A stretch of 63,068 nt of DNA, counting the filler. It is 8 parts of 8 records of this genome, joined end to end, with 100 filler letters (N's around TTAATTAATTAA, not from the genome) between each part and the next. Parts side by side here need not be neighbours in the genome. Positions count along the whole stretch, not along the records: positions 37,022 to 46,932 come from SRR31147125_31648; positions 47,033 to 57,630 come from SRR31147125_31676; 6 more parts are not named here. One strand, 5' to 3'. The position numbers and the translations under genes are program-made. This document shows positions 39,949 through 49,408 of this stretch, one piece after another (the first letter of the stretch is position 1; every line of letters starts with the position of its first letter). The notes below the pieces were generated by a model. The model saw nothing but the letters and a program-made list of their open reading frames with translations, was not told where the DNA came from and made no database searches.

Positions 39949-42609
39949 ATGAAAACCGGGTTGGTTATTCTAAGCACCATCGTCATTTTGAGCGTAATAG
40001 GTTGCGGAACGGAACCGGGTATGGACTCGAACAAAATTGAGCTGAAAAAAAACTGGTTTATTCAATCCTCTGAAAAAGTAAAAGAAAACGCAAAATCAAT
40101 CTGTTCAACAGGCTTTAAAACCAAAGATTGGTACCCGGTAACAGTGCCAACCACAGTATTAGCGGCTTTGGTAGAAAATGGGGTTTACCCGGATCCTTAT
40201 TATGGCGATAATTTAAAGTCCATTCCCGGCTACCAGAAGGGCCGATGGCTGGCAATGAAAAAGGACAGTCCGTTTTATCCATCCTGGTGGTATCGTACAG
40301 AATTTAAAGTGCCGGATCATTTTGAAGGTAAAAAAATGGCATTACATCTGGACGGTATTAATTACAAGGTAAACGTATGGTTGAATGGTTTCCAGATTGC
40401 AGATACAACACAAATTGTGGGAATGTTCAAACGCTTTGAATTGCCATTGAACTCGCAAGTAAAGATTGGTGCAAAAAATGTGTTAGCAATTCAGGTTTTT
40501 GCGCCAGGGCGCATCCCGGATATTGAATACAAGACCAAACAAATCGAGGCCACAACCGGCTGGGACGATCACAATCCACAACCACCTGACCTGAATATGG
40601 GTGTGTGGAGAAAAGTTTATTTATCAGCAACAGGTCCTGTTATACTACGACATCCCTATGTATCGACAGATCTTGATTTACCATCTTTGGATGTAGCACA
40701 CCTAACTGTCTCTACGCACGTCTCGAACAAATCAGACAAGATCGTCACTGGCACGTTAACCGGCAGGATCGGATATACCTTATTTAAACAAAAAGTTAAC
40801 CTGCAGGCAGGCGAAACAAAGGTTGTCACCTTTACACCGAATGAATTTAAACAACTGGATTTTGAAAATCCGAAATTATGGTGGCCTCACCCGGTAGGAC
40901 CGCAAAATCTGTACACACTCGATATTGATTTTAATATTAACGGACAGGTTTCAGATGAAACCAGCATCCGTTTTGGCATCCGCGAGGTTTCGACTTATAT
41001 TAACAACGAGGGCTGGCGGGGATACATGGTTAATGGTGATAAAATTCTTATCCGCGGTGGCGCCTGGATGACCAGCGATATGCTTTTGCGACTAACCCCG
41101 GAACGTTATGAAGCGCTGGTCCGTTACGCACGAGAAGCGCATTTAAATATGCTTCGCTCCGAAGGTTTTTCGATCCGCGAAACAGATGAATTTTACGACC
41201 TCTGCGATGAATATGGCGTTATGGTGACACAACAACTGTTTGGCCGTAACCTGCCGGATGAAGATTTGGCTATAAGCATCATCAAAGATATGATGCTGCG
41301 AATTCGCAATCACCCCAGTCTGGTTCACTTTTTGGGACATGACGAAACGTTTCCAACAGCGACTTTGGACAGCGCTTATCAAAGCCTGGTTGCCCAATAC
41401 ACGCCAGAACGAACTTATCAACCACACTCGGGTGCTTTTGATATTAAAAATCGTTTTAAAACAGGAGGCACGCGAACCGGGACCATGGAATTGTGGTCCT
41501 TTGCCAATCCCGAACATTATTATACACACAAGGATGATGGCGCCTGGGGTTTTGCACAATCCGGTGGTATTGGCGGCGTTGTAGCTCCTTACGAGAGCAT
41601 GCGCAAAATGATGCCGGAAAAAGATTTGTGGCCCATTGACAACGACACATTTTCATTTCATACGGTTCTCCAAAGTTTAGATTATTTTGAAACTCTGCGC
41701 AATGCCATGAATCACAAATATGGTGAACCACAGGATATTAAAGACTTTTGCTTAAAAGGACAGGTCATTAACTATGAATCCGCCCGTGGTATGTTTGAAG
41801 CCTATGCGCGAAACAAATATGACGCTCTTGGCATTACAACCTGGAAATATGATGCTGCCTGGCCCGCATCCATCACGTGGCAATATATAGACTGGTATCT
41901 GAATGTGGGCGGTGCTTATTACGGCGCAAAAAAAGCCTGTGAACCATTGCATGTACAGTATTCCTATGATGACCACTCTGTTTATGTCTTGAATAGTTTT
42001 TATAAAAGTTTCGGCAACCTGACAGTAAAGGCCAAAGTATTCGATTTTGATATGAATGTAAAATACTCCAGAACCGCAACAGTAGATGTAACAAAAGATG
42101 GTAAAACAGAAGCCTTTAAAATTGACTGGCCACAGGGATTAAGCAAATCGTATTTCCTTAGTCTTGTCCTTGAAGGTAATGATGGTCAGGACATTTCAAA
42201 CAATTTTTACTGGTTTTCTCAAGTCCCTTATATTGAAGGGACAAAAGAGGAAGTCATGCTGGAAGATAACTGGGACATGTTCAGGACCATTCCCAAATCT
42301 TTTTCTGATCACACAGATCTGTTAAAATTGCCGCCTGTAGAGTTAAAATCCTCATACAAAATCACAGACGAGGACAATGAGAAAGTTGTCCAGGTGAATC
42401 TAAAAAATCCATCTCCCAATCTTGCTTTTATGATCCATCTTGCCCTGACACGCGGCAAGGATGGTGATGAGGTTTCTCCGGCATATTGGGAGGATAATTA
42501 TTTTTCACTTCTTCCCGGTGAAAGTAAAAGTGTGACAGCCCATATACCGGCATATGCCCTGCAAGGTGCATCCGGGCACGTAAAAATTAAAGGTTGGAAT
42601 ATAAAATAA
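39949..42609 (+). CDS. GH2-family lipoprotein (exo-beta-glucosaminidase/beta-mannosidase-like)
   Basis: Lipobox VIGC; VPTTVLAALV..YPDPYYG, LDGINYKVNVWLNG, LWWP, FGIREV, IRGGAW, RIRNHPSL, DNYFSLLPGE. Confidence 0.88.
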   Translation: MKTGLVILSTIVILSVIGCGTEPGMDSNKIELKKNWFIQSSEKVKENAKSICSTGFKTKDWYPVTVPTTVLAALVENGVYPDPYYGDNLKSIPGYQKGRWLAMKKDSPFYPSWWYRTEFKVPDHFEGKKMALHLDGINYKVNVWLNGFQIADTTQIVGMFKRFELPLNSQVKIGAKNVLAIQVFAPGRIPDIEYKTKQIEATTGWDDHNPQPPDLNMGVWRKVYLSATGPVILRHPYVSTDLDLPSLDVAHLTVSTHVSNKSDKIVTGTLTGRIGYTLFKQKVNLQAGETKVVTFTPNEFKQLDFENPKLWWPHPVGPQNLYTLDIDFNINGQVSDETSIRFGIREVSTYINNEGWRGYMVNGDKILIRGGAWMTSDMLLRLTPERYEALVRYAREAHLNMLRSEGFSIRETDEFYDLCDEYGVMVTQQLFGRNLPDEDLAISIIKDMMLRIRNHPSLVHFLGHDETFPTATLDSAYQSLVAQYTPERTYQPHSGAFDIKNRFKTGGTRTGTMELWSFANPEHYYTHKDDGAWGFAQSGGIGGVVAPYESMRKMMPEKDLWPIDNDTFSFHTVLQSLDYFETLRNAMNHKYGEPQDIKDFCLKGQVINYESARGMFEAYARNKYDALGITTWKYDAAWPASITWQYIDWYLNVGGAYYGAKKACEPLHVQYSYDDHSVYVLNSFYKSFGNLTVKAKVFDFDMNVKYSRTATVDVTKDGKTEAFKIDWPQGLSKSYFLSLVLEGNDGQDISNNFYWFSQVPYIEGTKEEVMLEDNWDMFRTIPKSFSDHTDLLKLPPVELKSSYKITDEDNEKVVQVNLKNPSPNLAFMIHLALTRGKDGDEVSPAYWEDNYFSLLPGESKSVTAHIPAYALQGASGHVKIKGWNIK

Positions 42610-42630
42610 ATCCTGATTATGGAATATTTG

Positions 42631-42660
42631 ACCGGGATTCTGATTGAATCCCGGTTTTTT
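42631..42660 (+). terminator. Intrinsic terminator
   Basis: ACCGGGATTC-tgatt-GAATCCCGGT followed by a T-run. Confidence 0.8.
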
Positions 42661-42755
42661 ATTTACTATGTTAAATGAAAGATCGGTTTTTTATCCTGAT
42701 CCATTGATAGTAAGCAGAAACTCAATAAAGTAAAATTGACCCTGGAGGCATCCGA

Positions 42756-43805
42756 GTGATAGATAAAACAATAATCAGAAACGCTCTTTTAATACTCATG
42801 TTCGTAGCGATATCCATGGCTTTTAGCCGGGACGAAAAGTGGGACGGGCCGAAACCAGAGATTGCTTCCAGTCTTGAAACCATCGCAAAACATTTTACGG
42901 ATTACGATGTCATCCTGGAACCGGATAAAAATGCACCGGAATACTGGGCAGGTGCACCAACCGTGGTTCGTGATGATAATGGTATTTTCTGGATGGCCTG
43001 CCGCATGCGTTCCCCTGAACATCCCCGTGGTTTGCGCGGCTATGAGATCCGTATTTTAAAAAGCACGGATGGTATTCACTTTAAAAAGGTTCACAGTATT
43101 CCACGTCAGCAGGTACCCATTCCCGGTTTTGAACGCCCTGCCCTGCTGATCGATCCTGTCACTAAAAAATTCAAACTCTACGCCTGCGGTCCGTGGCAAA
43201 AAGGGCCCTGGTCCATCATTAAATTTGCCGATGCGGACGATCCGACAAAATTTGATCCGTCAACAGCTAAGCCAGTCATTCAGGCGCCGACAAAAAAATA
43301 TGACAGGGATGTGAGTGTAAAAGAATACAAAGACCCCTTTATCTTATATGCCCAGGGTAAATACCATTGTTATGTGATCGGCTATATCAGAAGAAATGAA
43401 CGTATATTTCATTTTACCAGCGAAAACGGTGAGAACTGGCAACCGGTTGGGGATGTCAATCAACCTGTTATGGACCTGCATGGCTGGCACAACTTTTTTA
43501 TTCGTCCCTCCTGCGTCCTGCCGTTAGGTATCGGATACCTTTTTGTTTACGAAGGATCGAGCACGCAATGGTACGACCCTGTTTACAACATTGGTACAGG
43601 TTTTGGCTTTACTTTTGACCTGCATCATATAACCGATTTAACCACAGACTCCCCTGTTGCTATCAGCACGACACCGGGTGATTTTTATACCTTTCGTTAT
43701 ACACACTGGATGTGGGTAAATGGTGAGATCTGGGTGTACGCCGAAGTGTCCCGGCCAAACAACTCACATGAAATCCGACTATTTCGAATAAAGATGGAAG
43801 AATAG
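42756..43805 (+). CDS. Secreted five-bladed beta-propeller glycosidase-like protein (GH32/43/68/130-type fold)
   Basis: Signal peptide; blade motifs WAGAPTVV, FERPALL, YKDPFIL, FIRPSCV; STDGIHF. Confidence 0.6.
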   Translation: MIDKTIIRNALLILMFVAISMAFSRDEKWDGPKPEIASSLETIAKHFTDYDVILEPDKNAPEYWAGAPTVVRDDNGIFWMACRMRSPEHPRGLRGYEIRILKSTDGIHFKKVHSIPRQQVPIPGFERPALLIDPVTKKFKLYACGPWQKGPWSIIKFADADDPTKFDPSTAKPVIQAPTKKYDRDVSVKEYKDPFILYAQGKYHCYVIGYIRRNERIFHFTSENGENWQPVGDVNQPVMDLHGWHNFFIRPSCVLPLGIGYLFVYEGSSTQWYDPVYNIGTGFGFTFDLHHITDLTTDSPVAISTTPGDFYTFRYTHWMWVNGEIWVYAEVSRPNNSHEIRLFRIKMEE

Positions 43806-43869
43806 TACTGTTTTTTCAAGACGTGTTGAGCGAATTAAAGGCACATTTCAACTAAAAGGAGCCTAAAAA

Positions 43870-45108
43870 ATGCAGCATGTTAAATCAAATGTAACTGTTA
43901 TCCTTTTTTTATTTATTTTTACTGTTTTTTTCAGCTGTCAAATTCAGGAAACAGCTCAGTCAACAGACGACAAGATCATCAATGCAACCTACACGGAATT
44001 GGCGCGTATCGATCATGGAAAACTGGAGATAACCGGCCAGGCGGAGGATCAGATCCATGTCGTCACTGTATGGGGAACACCCTATGAAATGGGCAAAGCC
44101 TATGGAACACTGTTAAAAAAGGAAATTTCCGAGCATATCCCCATGATGATTCGACTCATGACGGAAAAAGCCGGTACCACAGCTGAAGCGATCGATGGCG
44201 TTTATGAACAGGTAAGGCCTTTTGTTTCTGACTATTTCATGGAAGAAATGCGAGGCATTGCCGATGGCAGCGGACTCTCTTTAACAGATGTAGTACGCGC
44301 CAATCTCATCGGTGAAGCCAGTGAGTGGCATTGCAGTCTGTTTGGCGCCTGGGGCAAAGCAACAGCTGCGGATGGTCATCTTTATCAGCTCCGCGCTTTG
44401 GATTATGAAACCGAAGCAAACATACAAAAACACCCTGTTCTTGTGATCTATGTTCCGGACCAGGGGCATCCATTCGCGAATGTGGTCTTTGCCGGCGTTG
44501 TCGGTTGTATATCCGGTATCAGCTCTGAGCGTTTGGCGATCAGTGAGATTGGTGATGATTATAACAAAGAAGACGACACGTTGACTGGTATTCCATTTAT
44601 GTTTTTATTACGTGATGTGCTGCAATTCGATAAAAGCCTGGATGAAGCCATAAAACGCATCAAAACCGCCACTCGAACCACCTCTCTCATGTACGGTATT
44701 GGTGACGGCGAATTCGGCCAGCTGCGTGGCTTTCAAACCTCCCACACTCTTTGCAATGTTTTCGATCCCTCAAACCTGGAGCCTGTGACAGATGCGCATC
44801 AGCGCATAGAAGATATTGTCTACTGGGGCATGAGCTGGAATGTACCGTCATACGACGGTCCTTTGCATGATAAATTGGTTGAACATTACGGTAAAATTAA
44901 TGCCGAGGTCACCATAAATGATATTGTCACATCGGTCGGGACCGGTGATTTGCAAACAGTGGTATACGATCTGACAGATATGTACATGTGGGTGGCTAAT
45001 GCTAAAGCGGATCACGAAACCGGGCCTTTGGATGCCTATAACCGACAGTTTGTAAAATTTGATATGAATGCTCTTTTTGAGAGGGCAAAATTGTTAGCTG
45101 GAAAATAA
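43870..45108 (+). CDS. C45-family Ntn-hydrolase lipoprotein
   Basis: Lipobox FFSC; WGTPYEMGKAYG, EEMRGIADG, H|CSLFGAWG nucleophile Cys, LRALDY. Confidence 0.85.
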   Translation: MQHVKSNVTVILFLFIFTVFFSCQIQETAQSTDDKIINATYTELARIDHGKLEITGQAEDQIHVVTVWGTPYEMGKAYGTLLKKEISEHIPMMIRLMTEKAGTTAEAIDGVYEQVRPFVSDYFMEEMRGIADGSGLSLTDVVRANLIGEASEWHCSLFGAWGKATAADGHLYQLRALDYETEANIQKHPVLVIYVPDQGHPFANVVFAGVVGCISGISSERLAISEIGDDYNKEDDTLTGIPFMFLLRDVLQFDKSLDEAIKRIKTATRTTSLMYGIGDGEFGQLRGFQTSHTLCNVFDPSNLEPVTDAHQRIEDIVYWGMSWNVPSYDGPLHDKLVEHYGKINAEVTINDIVTSVGTGDLQTVVYDLTDMYMWVANAKADHETGPLDAYNRQFVKFDMNALFERAKLLAGK

Positions 45109-45136
45109 AATTAAATGAAAGTAAAACTTAATTTAC

Positions 45137-45661
45137 ATGAATACAAATATCGAAATCAAGGCAAGAGTAGAACACATTCACATTCTGCGACAGCTCGCGC
45201 AGAAACTGAGTAAAAATCCTCCTCAAATAATTTTACAGGAGGATACTTTTTTCCATTCACCGAAGGGCCGCCTCAAGTTGCGCGTGTTTTCAGTCGACAG
45301 TGGAGAGCTCATTTATTATGAACGGGATAATATTCACGGACCAAAGCAGTCCTTTTACATGTTATCAAAAACCTCAGAGCCAGAAACACTGAAAAAAACC
45401 TTATCATCTGCATTAAGAGTAAGAGGTGTTGTTAAAAAGAAACGCACCCTGTATCTTGTCGGACAGACACGGATTCATGTTGATGAGGTAGAGGGACTGG
45501 GTTTTTTTGTTGAACTGGAAGTTGTACTAAAACCAGAACAAACACAGGAAGAGGGTATGGCTATCGCTCAGGACCTGATGCAACAGTTGGGTATATTGAA
45601 AGAGAATTTGCTTGATTCGGCTTATATTGATTTATTAGAAAAAGGATTTAATCAGGCATGA
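45137..45661 (+). CDS. CYTH-domain protein (class IV adenylate cyclase-like)
   Basis: NIEIKAR, QEDTFF, RLKLR, VKKKRTLY, RIHVDEVEGLGFFVELEVV. Confidence 0.9.
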   Translation: MNTNIEIKARVEHIHILRQLAQKLSKNPPQIILQEDTFFHSPKGRLKLRVFSVDSGELIYYERDNIHGPKQSFYMLSKTSEPETLKKTLSSALRVRGVVKKKRTLYLVGQTRIHVDEVEGLGFFVELEVVLKPEQTQEEGMAIAQDLMQQLGILKENLLDSAYIDLLEKGFNQA

Positions 45662-46680
45662 AAAAATACCCATACAAGTCATGTTTAAACTTGGTGATCA
45701 TTGGATTCGCTATAATCCTGTTACATTCAAATTGTTCACAAATAGCCTATGCTCCAAAACATGCACCTGGGAAAATCATGATGTTTGCGGATACCTCCCG
45801 GGGTCGGCCCTTTTCCAAAGATCCGGATGTAGTCTGGTTTAACGGGACATACATGATGTACTTTTCTATCCCTCCCTTCAAAGATGGCCGGTCAAACGAT
45901 GGCTGGAACATTGGTATCGCACAAAGTGAGGATTTGATAAACTGGACAAAGGTAGGTGAGATTCAGCCGAAAGGTGAATACGAGAAAAACGGCTTATGCG
46001 CGCCGGCCGCCATTGTATGGAAAAACCAGGTTCATCTTTTTTATCAAACCTATGGCAACCGGGAAAAGGATGCCATCTGCCATGCCTTTTCTTCGGATGG
46101 CATACATTTTAGCCGCAACAGCACCAATCCCATCTTTTCTCCCACAGGTTCCTGGACCTGCGGCAGAGCCATCGATGCCGATGTATTTGTCAAAGAGGAT
46201 GAATTACTGCTCTATTTTGCCACCCGGGATACATCTTTTAAAATACAAATGCTGGGAGTCGCTTCCGCACCGCTGCAATCTGACTATAGCCGTAATTATT
46301 GGACCCAACTATGTGATTACTCGATTTTAAAACCGGAATTGTCCTGGGAACAGTCCTGTATCGAGGCCGCGTCTGTATTCGAGCATAACAATTTGATTTA
46401 TATGTTTTATGCCGGTGCCTACAATAACCAACCGCAACAGATAGGCTGTGCTATCAGTAAAGACGGCATTTCATGGACACGAATCTCTAACCAACCTGTT
46501 CTCCCCAATGGCAAACCGGGCGAATGGAATTCCAGTGAATCCGGTCATCCGGGTGTTTTTGTCGATCGTGATGGCCAACAATACTTGTTTTTCCAGGGCA
46601 ACAATGATAATGGCAAAACCTGGTACCTGTCGAAAAAGAGAATAAGATGGAACGGTGATAAACCTTATCTGATTGATTAA
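45658..46680 (+). CDS. Secreted five-bladed beta-propeller glycoside hydrolase (GH43/GH130-like)
   Basis: FSKDPDVV, SEDLINW, CAPAAI, SSDGIHF, AIDADV, CIEAASV, SKDGISW, SGHPGV. Confidence 0.8.
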   Translation: MKKYPYKSCLNLVIIGFAIILLHSNCSQIAYAPKHAPGKIMMFADTSRGRPFSKDPDVVWFNGTYMMYFSIPPFKDGRSNDGWNIGIAQSEDLINWTKVGEIQPKGEYEKNGLCAPAAIVWKNQVHLFYQTYGNREKDAICHAFSSDGIHFSRNSTNPIFSPTGSWTCGRAIDADVFVKEDELLLYFATRDTSFKIQMLGVASAPLQSDYSRNYWTQLCDYSILKPELSWEQSCIEAASVFEHNNLIYMFYAGAYNNQPQQIGCAISKDGISWTRISNQPVLPNGKPGEWNSSESGHPGVFVDRDGQQYLFFQGNNDNGKTWYLSKKRIRWNGDKPYLID

Positions 46681-46818
46681 CGCTCTGAGAAGCAATTCAG
46701 GAAAAAATGAATTGAGCAAGGTTGTACCGTTTTTTCCTTGCCGGGGGTCAGTTTTGGACCAATTTTGGTTCTTTTAACAATTAACAGCAATCTACATATT
46801 TCATTATATTATAGTTAC

Positions 46819-46932
46819 GTTTTCATCAAAAAAACCTCCCGGAGGTTGATGAAAACATCAGTTCTTCAATCAGTCCAGCTACAGTGATTTTATCAATAAC
46901 CGGCATCGAGAACCACCTCCGGGAGGTTCTAC
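46819..46932. repeat. Pair of related palindromes, REP-like (GTAG type)
   Basis: AACCTCCCGGAGGTT at 46833-46847 lies inside a larger inverted repeat. The minus strand at the contig end reads GTAG-AACCTCCCGGAGGT-GGTTCTC. Confidence 0.55.
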
Positions 46933-47223
46933 NNNNNNNNNNNNNNNNNNNNNNNNNNNNNNNNNNNNNNNNNNNNTTAATTAATTAANNNNNNNNNNNN
47001 NNNNNNNNNNNNNNNNNNNNNNNNNNNNNNNNTCATTTTGCAGCGAAATATTAATTATCGAAACATGTTGTAAAACACAGTGCAAAGATAAAAAATAAAA
47101 ATTTGTGAACACGGTAAGTTATCACAATACCGTCTTAGTTTTTAACACAATGAAAAGTTAAAGAGCTTTAAATAGGCGTGCTATTAAATTTTTCTGCTTT
47201 TCTTTGCGTCAAATTGAATTGAC

Positions 47224-47556
47224 ATGCAAAAAATCTTACTTTTTATTATAGTCTTTCTGGCAGTTTCGTGCAGTACGCAAAATGTACTTAGAAGAACATA
47301 CATTGGCCAACCTGTTTCTACGATGGAAATGAAATTTGGAGAAGCAAAAACCGTCTTTGACCAAAAGGACGGAAAGATCTATGTTTTCGAAAGGGAGAAA
47401 AAACTAAAAAGTACCGAAATAAGCCAGGGGAAACTTACACTCGACCCTGTTGTTACACCTATGGTAACGAAAACTGAAAAGTATTATGTTACTGTAAAAG
47501 ATAACATTATCCAAAAAATTAAGCTTGAGAGCGAATACGAGCGGAAAGAACAGTAA
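47224..47556 (+). CDS. Hypothetical lipoprotein
   Basis: Lipobox LAVSC; 110-aa ORF. Confidence 0.75.
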   Translation: MQKILLFIIVFLAVSCSTQNVLRRTYIGQPVSTMEMKFGEAKTVFDQKDGKIYVFEREKKLKSTEISQGKLTLDPVVTPMVTKTEKYYVTVKDNIIQKIKLESEYERKEQ

Positions 47557-47665
47557 GCAGTCTCAGGCCCAGTTTTCAATGAGAGCATCATTCTTAATTA
47601 AGAAAGCTGTTTTCTAAAAAGATTGAAAAATCAAATTAGTATTCCTCCAGTTCAAATAAATTTTA

Positions 47666-47673
47666 TAGTTTTG
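47666..47673 (+). promoter_or_regulatory. Bacteroidota -7 promoter element upstream of the tRNA
   Basis: TAGTTTTG matches TAnnTTTG. Confidence 0.55.
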
Positions 47674-47695
47674 CAGCCGCATTCGAGTAATTAAT

Positions 47696-47779
47696 GCCCA
47701 GGTGATGAAATTGGTAGACATGCAAGGTTGAGGGCCTTGTGGGAAAAATTTCCCGCAGGTTCGAATCCCGTCCTGGGCA
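47696..47779 (+). tRNA. tRNA-Leu (GAG)
   Basis: Acceptor stem GCCCAGG/CCTGGGC with discriminator A, D-loop TTGGTAGAC, anticodon arm CAAGG-TTGAGGG-CCTTG, long variable arm, GGTTCGAATCC. CCA is not encoded. Confidence 0.88.
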
Positions 47780-47825
47780 CAAAAAAGGAGCTAAACAGGT
47801 TCCTTTTTTCATTTATTACAGCCAC

Positions 47826-47863
47826 AAAAAAGGCGCTTAAATTTTTGATTTAAGCGCCTTTTT
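47826..47863. terminator. Bidirectional intrinsic terminator
   Basis: AAAAAAGGCGCTTAAAT-ttttg-ATTTAAGCGCCTTTTT between the tRNA and the convergent GH29. A second hairpin lies at 47781-47809. Confidence 0.8.
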
Positions 47864-47920
47864 ATATGGGAAGTTCTCCCATTCAATTCATCTGTTTTAG
47901 CATCTATATTGAATTAAACC

Positions 47921-49225
47921 TTACTTTATAACCTCAACGTTGGTAAGTTTAACCACAACCGGATTTGGCCAAACTTTATCGTTATAAAGACGTTGTGCAC
48001 GGCTAATTGAAATTTCCAATACATTTTCGTGTTGTACAAATGTTGATTCCGGAATATTTTCGGGCCAGTACTCAACTACCAAATCATTCTGCCCAACAAC
48101 AGAAACCTCAGTTTCAGGAGTAGAGCGCAGGTTCTTTAAAATAAAGTTTCGTCGAAAGCCTTTGAACCAGTCTTGTTCTCCTGCAATAAAAGCATAAACC
48201 GCATTCTCATCTTCTTTTTCTACAAACCAAATGTCGCCGTCTTTAATCATACCATTTACCGGTCGTACACCTTTAATAGCTTCATCGTTTACAAACATCC
48301 AAAGACCTAATTCGCGGAGGCGTTCTTCCTGTTCAATGGCAATTTCTCCGTTTGGTTTTGGGCCCACATTCATTAAGAAGTTTCCTCCTTTTGCCCGGAT
48401 ATCTATCAACTTAGTAATAATCTCGGTTCCACTTTTATAGCTTTCATTAGTGGCTTTGTATTGCCATTGTGTTCCCATGGTCATGCAAGTTTCCCATGGC
48501 CCCGGCATAGCAGTATCGGGTATTTTTTGCTCGGGTGTTGCCATTTCGCCTCTTGTTACCAGAATATTGGGATATTTCTCGTGCACCCACTGCACCAATG
48601 GCTTTTTACTAAATGAATCGAAAAACGCAATATCAATTGGACCATAATTATTGAATAACTCATCCAACTGTTTTTTATCGTATTCCAGCAATTCAGGATT
48701 TTGAGTAACCTGGCTTCCTTTGCGTTTACGAGAAATCAACTGGCCTTGCTTGTGTAAAAAACTAAAATCTTCGGGCGAGAAATACAAGCCCACTTTTAAA
48801 TCAAATTTCCGCAACGATTCAACTAACATTCCTGTAATATCCTTACCATAAGGCGTATTCATAATGTTGAAATCGGTAGTTTTGGTATCCCACATGCAAA
48901 AACCATTGTGGTGTTTTGTGGTGAAAACTACATATTCGGCGCCGGTTAGTTTAAAAAGGCGTGCCCACTCGTCGGGATCAAATTTATTAGGGTAAAAAGT
49001 TAAGGGAAGTTCGTTCATGTACCTGTCGATATAATCTTCCGAGGCTCCAACCATGGAATGACTAATTACACTTCCGTACTGCGAGTCCATACTCCAGTGA
49101 ATAAAAATACCAAAGCCCATGTCCATAAATTCTTCTTCAAGGGCTGGCTTGTTTTTTAGTTGTCCGAATGCAGCACTGCTTAGCAAAAACAGAAGTGCTA
49201 TTAATGTTGAAATTTTACTACTCAT
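47921..49225 (-). CDS. GH29 alpha-L-fucosidase-like protein
   Basis: FGIFIHWS, FDPDEWA, YVVFTTKHHNGFCMW, nucleophile region FFDS, WETCMTM, GGNFLMNVGP. Confidence 0.9.
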   Translation of the reverse strand: MSSKISTLIALLFLLSSAAFGQLKNKPALEEEFMDMGFGIFIHWSMDSQYGSVISHSMVGASEDYIDRYMNELPLTFYPNKFDPDEWARLFKLTGAEYVVFTTKHHNGFCMWDTKTTDFNIMNTPYGKDITGMLVESLRKFDLKVGLYFSPEDFSFLHKQGQLISRKRKGSQVTQNPELLEYDKKQLDELFNNYGPIDIAFFDSFSKKPLVQWVHEKYPNILVTRGEMATPEQKIPDTAMPGPWETCMTMGTQWQYKATNESYKSGTEIITKLIDIRAKGGNFLMNVGPKPNGEIAIEQEERLRELGLWMFVNDEAIKGVRPVNGMIKDGDIWFVEKEDENAVYAFIAGEQDWFKGFRRNFILKNLRSTPETEVSVVGQNDLVVEYWPENIPESTFVQHENVLEISISRAQRLYNDKVWPNPVVVKLTNVEVIK

Positions 49226-49286
49226 CTCTATACTAAAAATTATATAATGTGCTTAATACCGTATTGATTCACACCGCGAACATTTA

Positions 49287-49369
49287 CGTCATGCTGAACT
49301 CGTTTCAGCATCTCATACAAACATAAATCAGCCAACTAATACAGCCCCTGAAACGAGTTAAGGGTGACG
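49287..49369. repeat. REP-like inverted doublet of palindromes
   Basis: CGTCATGCTGAACTCGTTTCAG and the inverted copy CTGAAACGAGTTAAGGGTGACG match at 19/22; each half is itself a hairpin. Confidence 0.7.
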
Positions 49370-49408
49370 GACTGATTCTGATTCGATGCTGTCGTTCATT
49401 GTCTTTTT

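Noticed and set aside
45137..45661. CYTH protein as the nucleotide-signal generator of an anti-phage system
   Set aside because: No effector or other defence genes are nearby. It looks like an ordinary stand-alone CYTH protein.
47696..47900. tRNA-Leu as the integration site of a mobile island carrying the PUL
   Set aside because: No integrase and no duplicated tRNA 3' end are visible on the contig.
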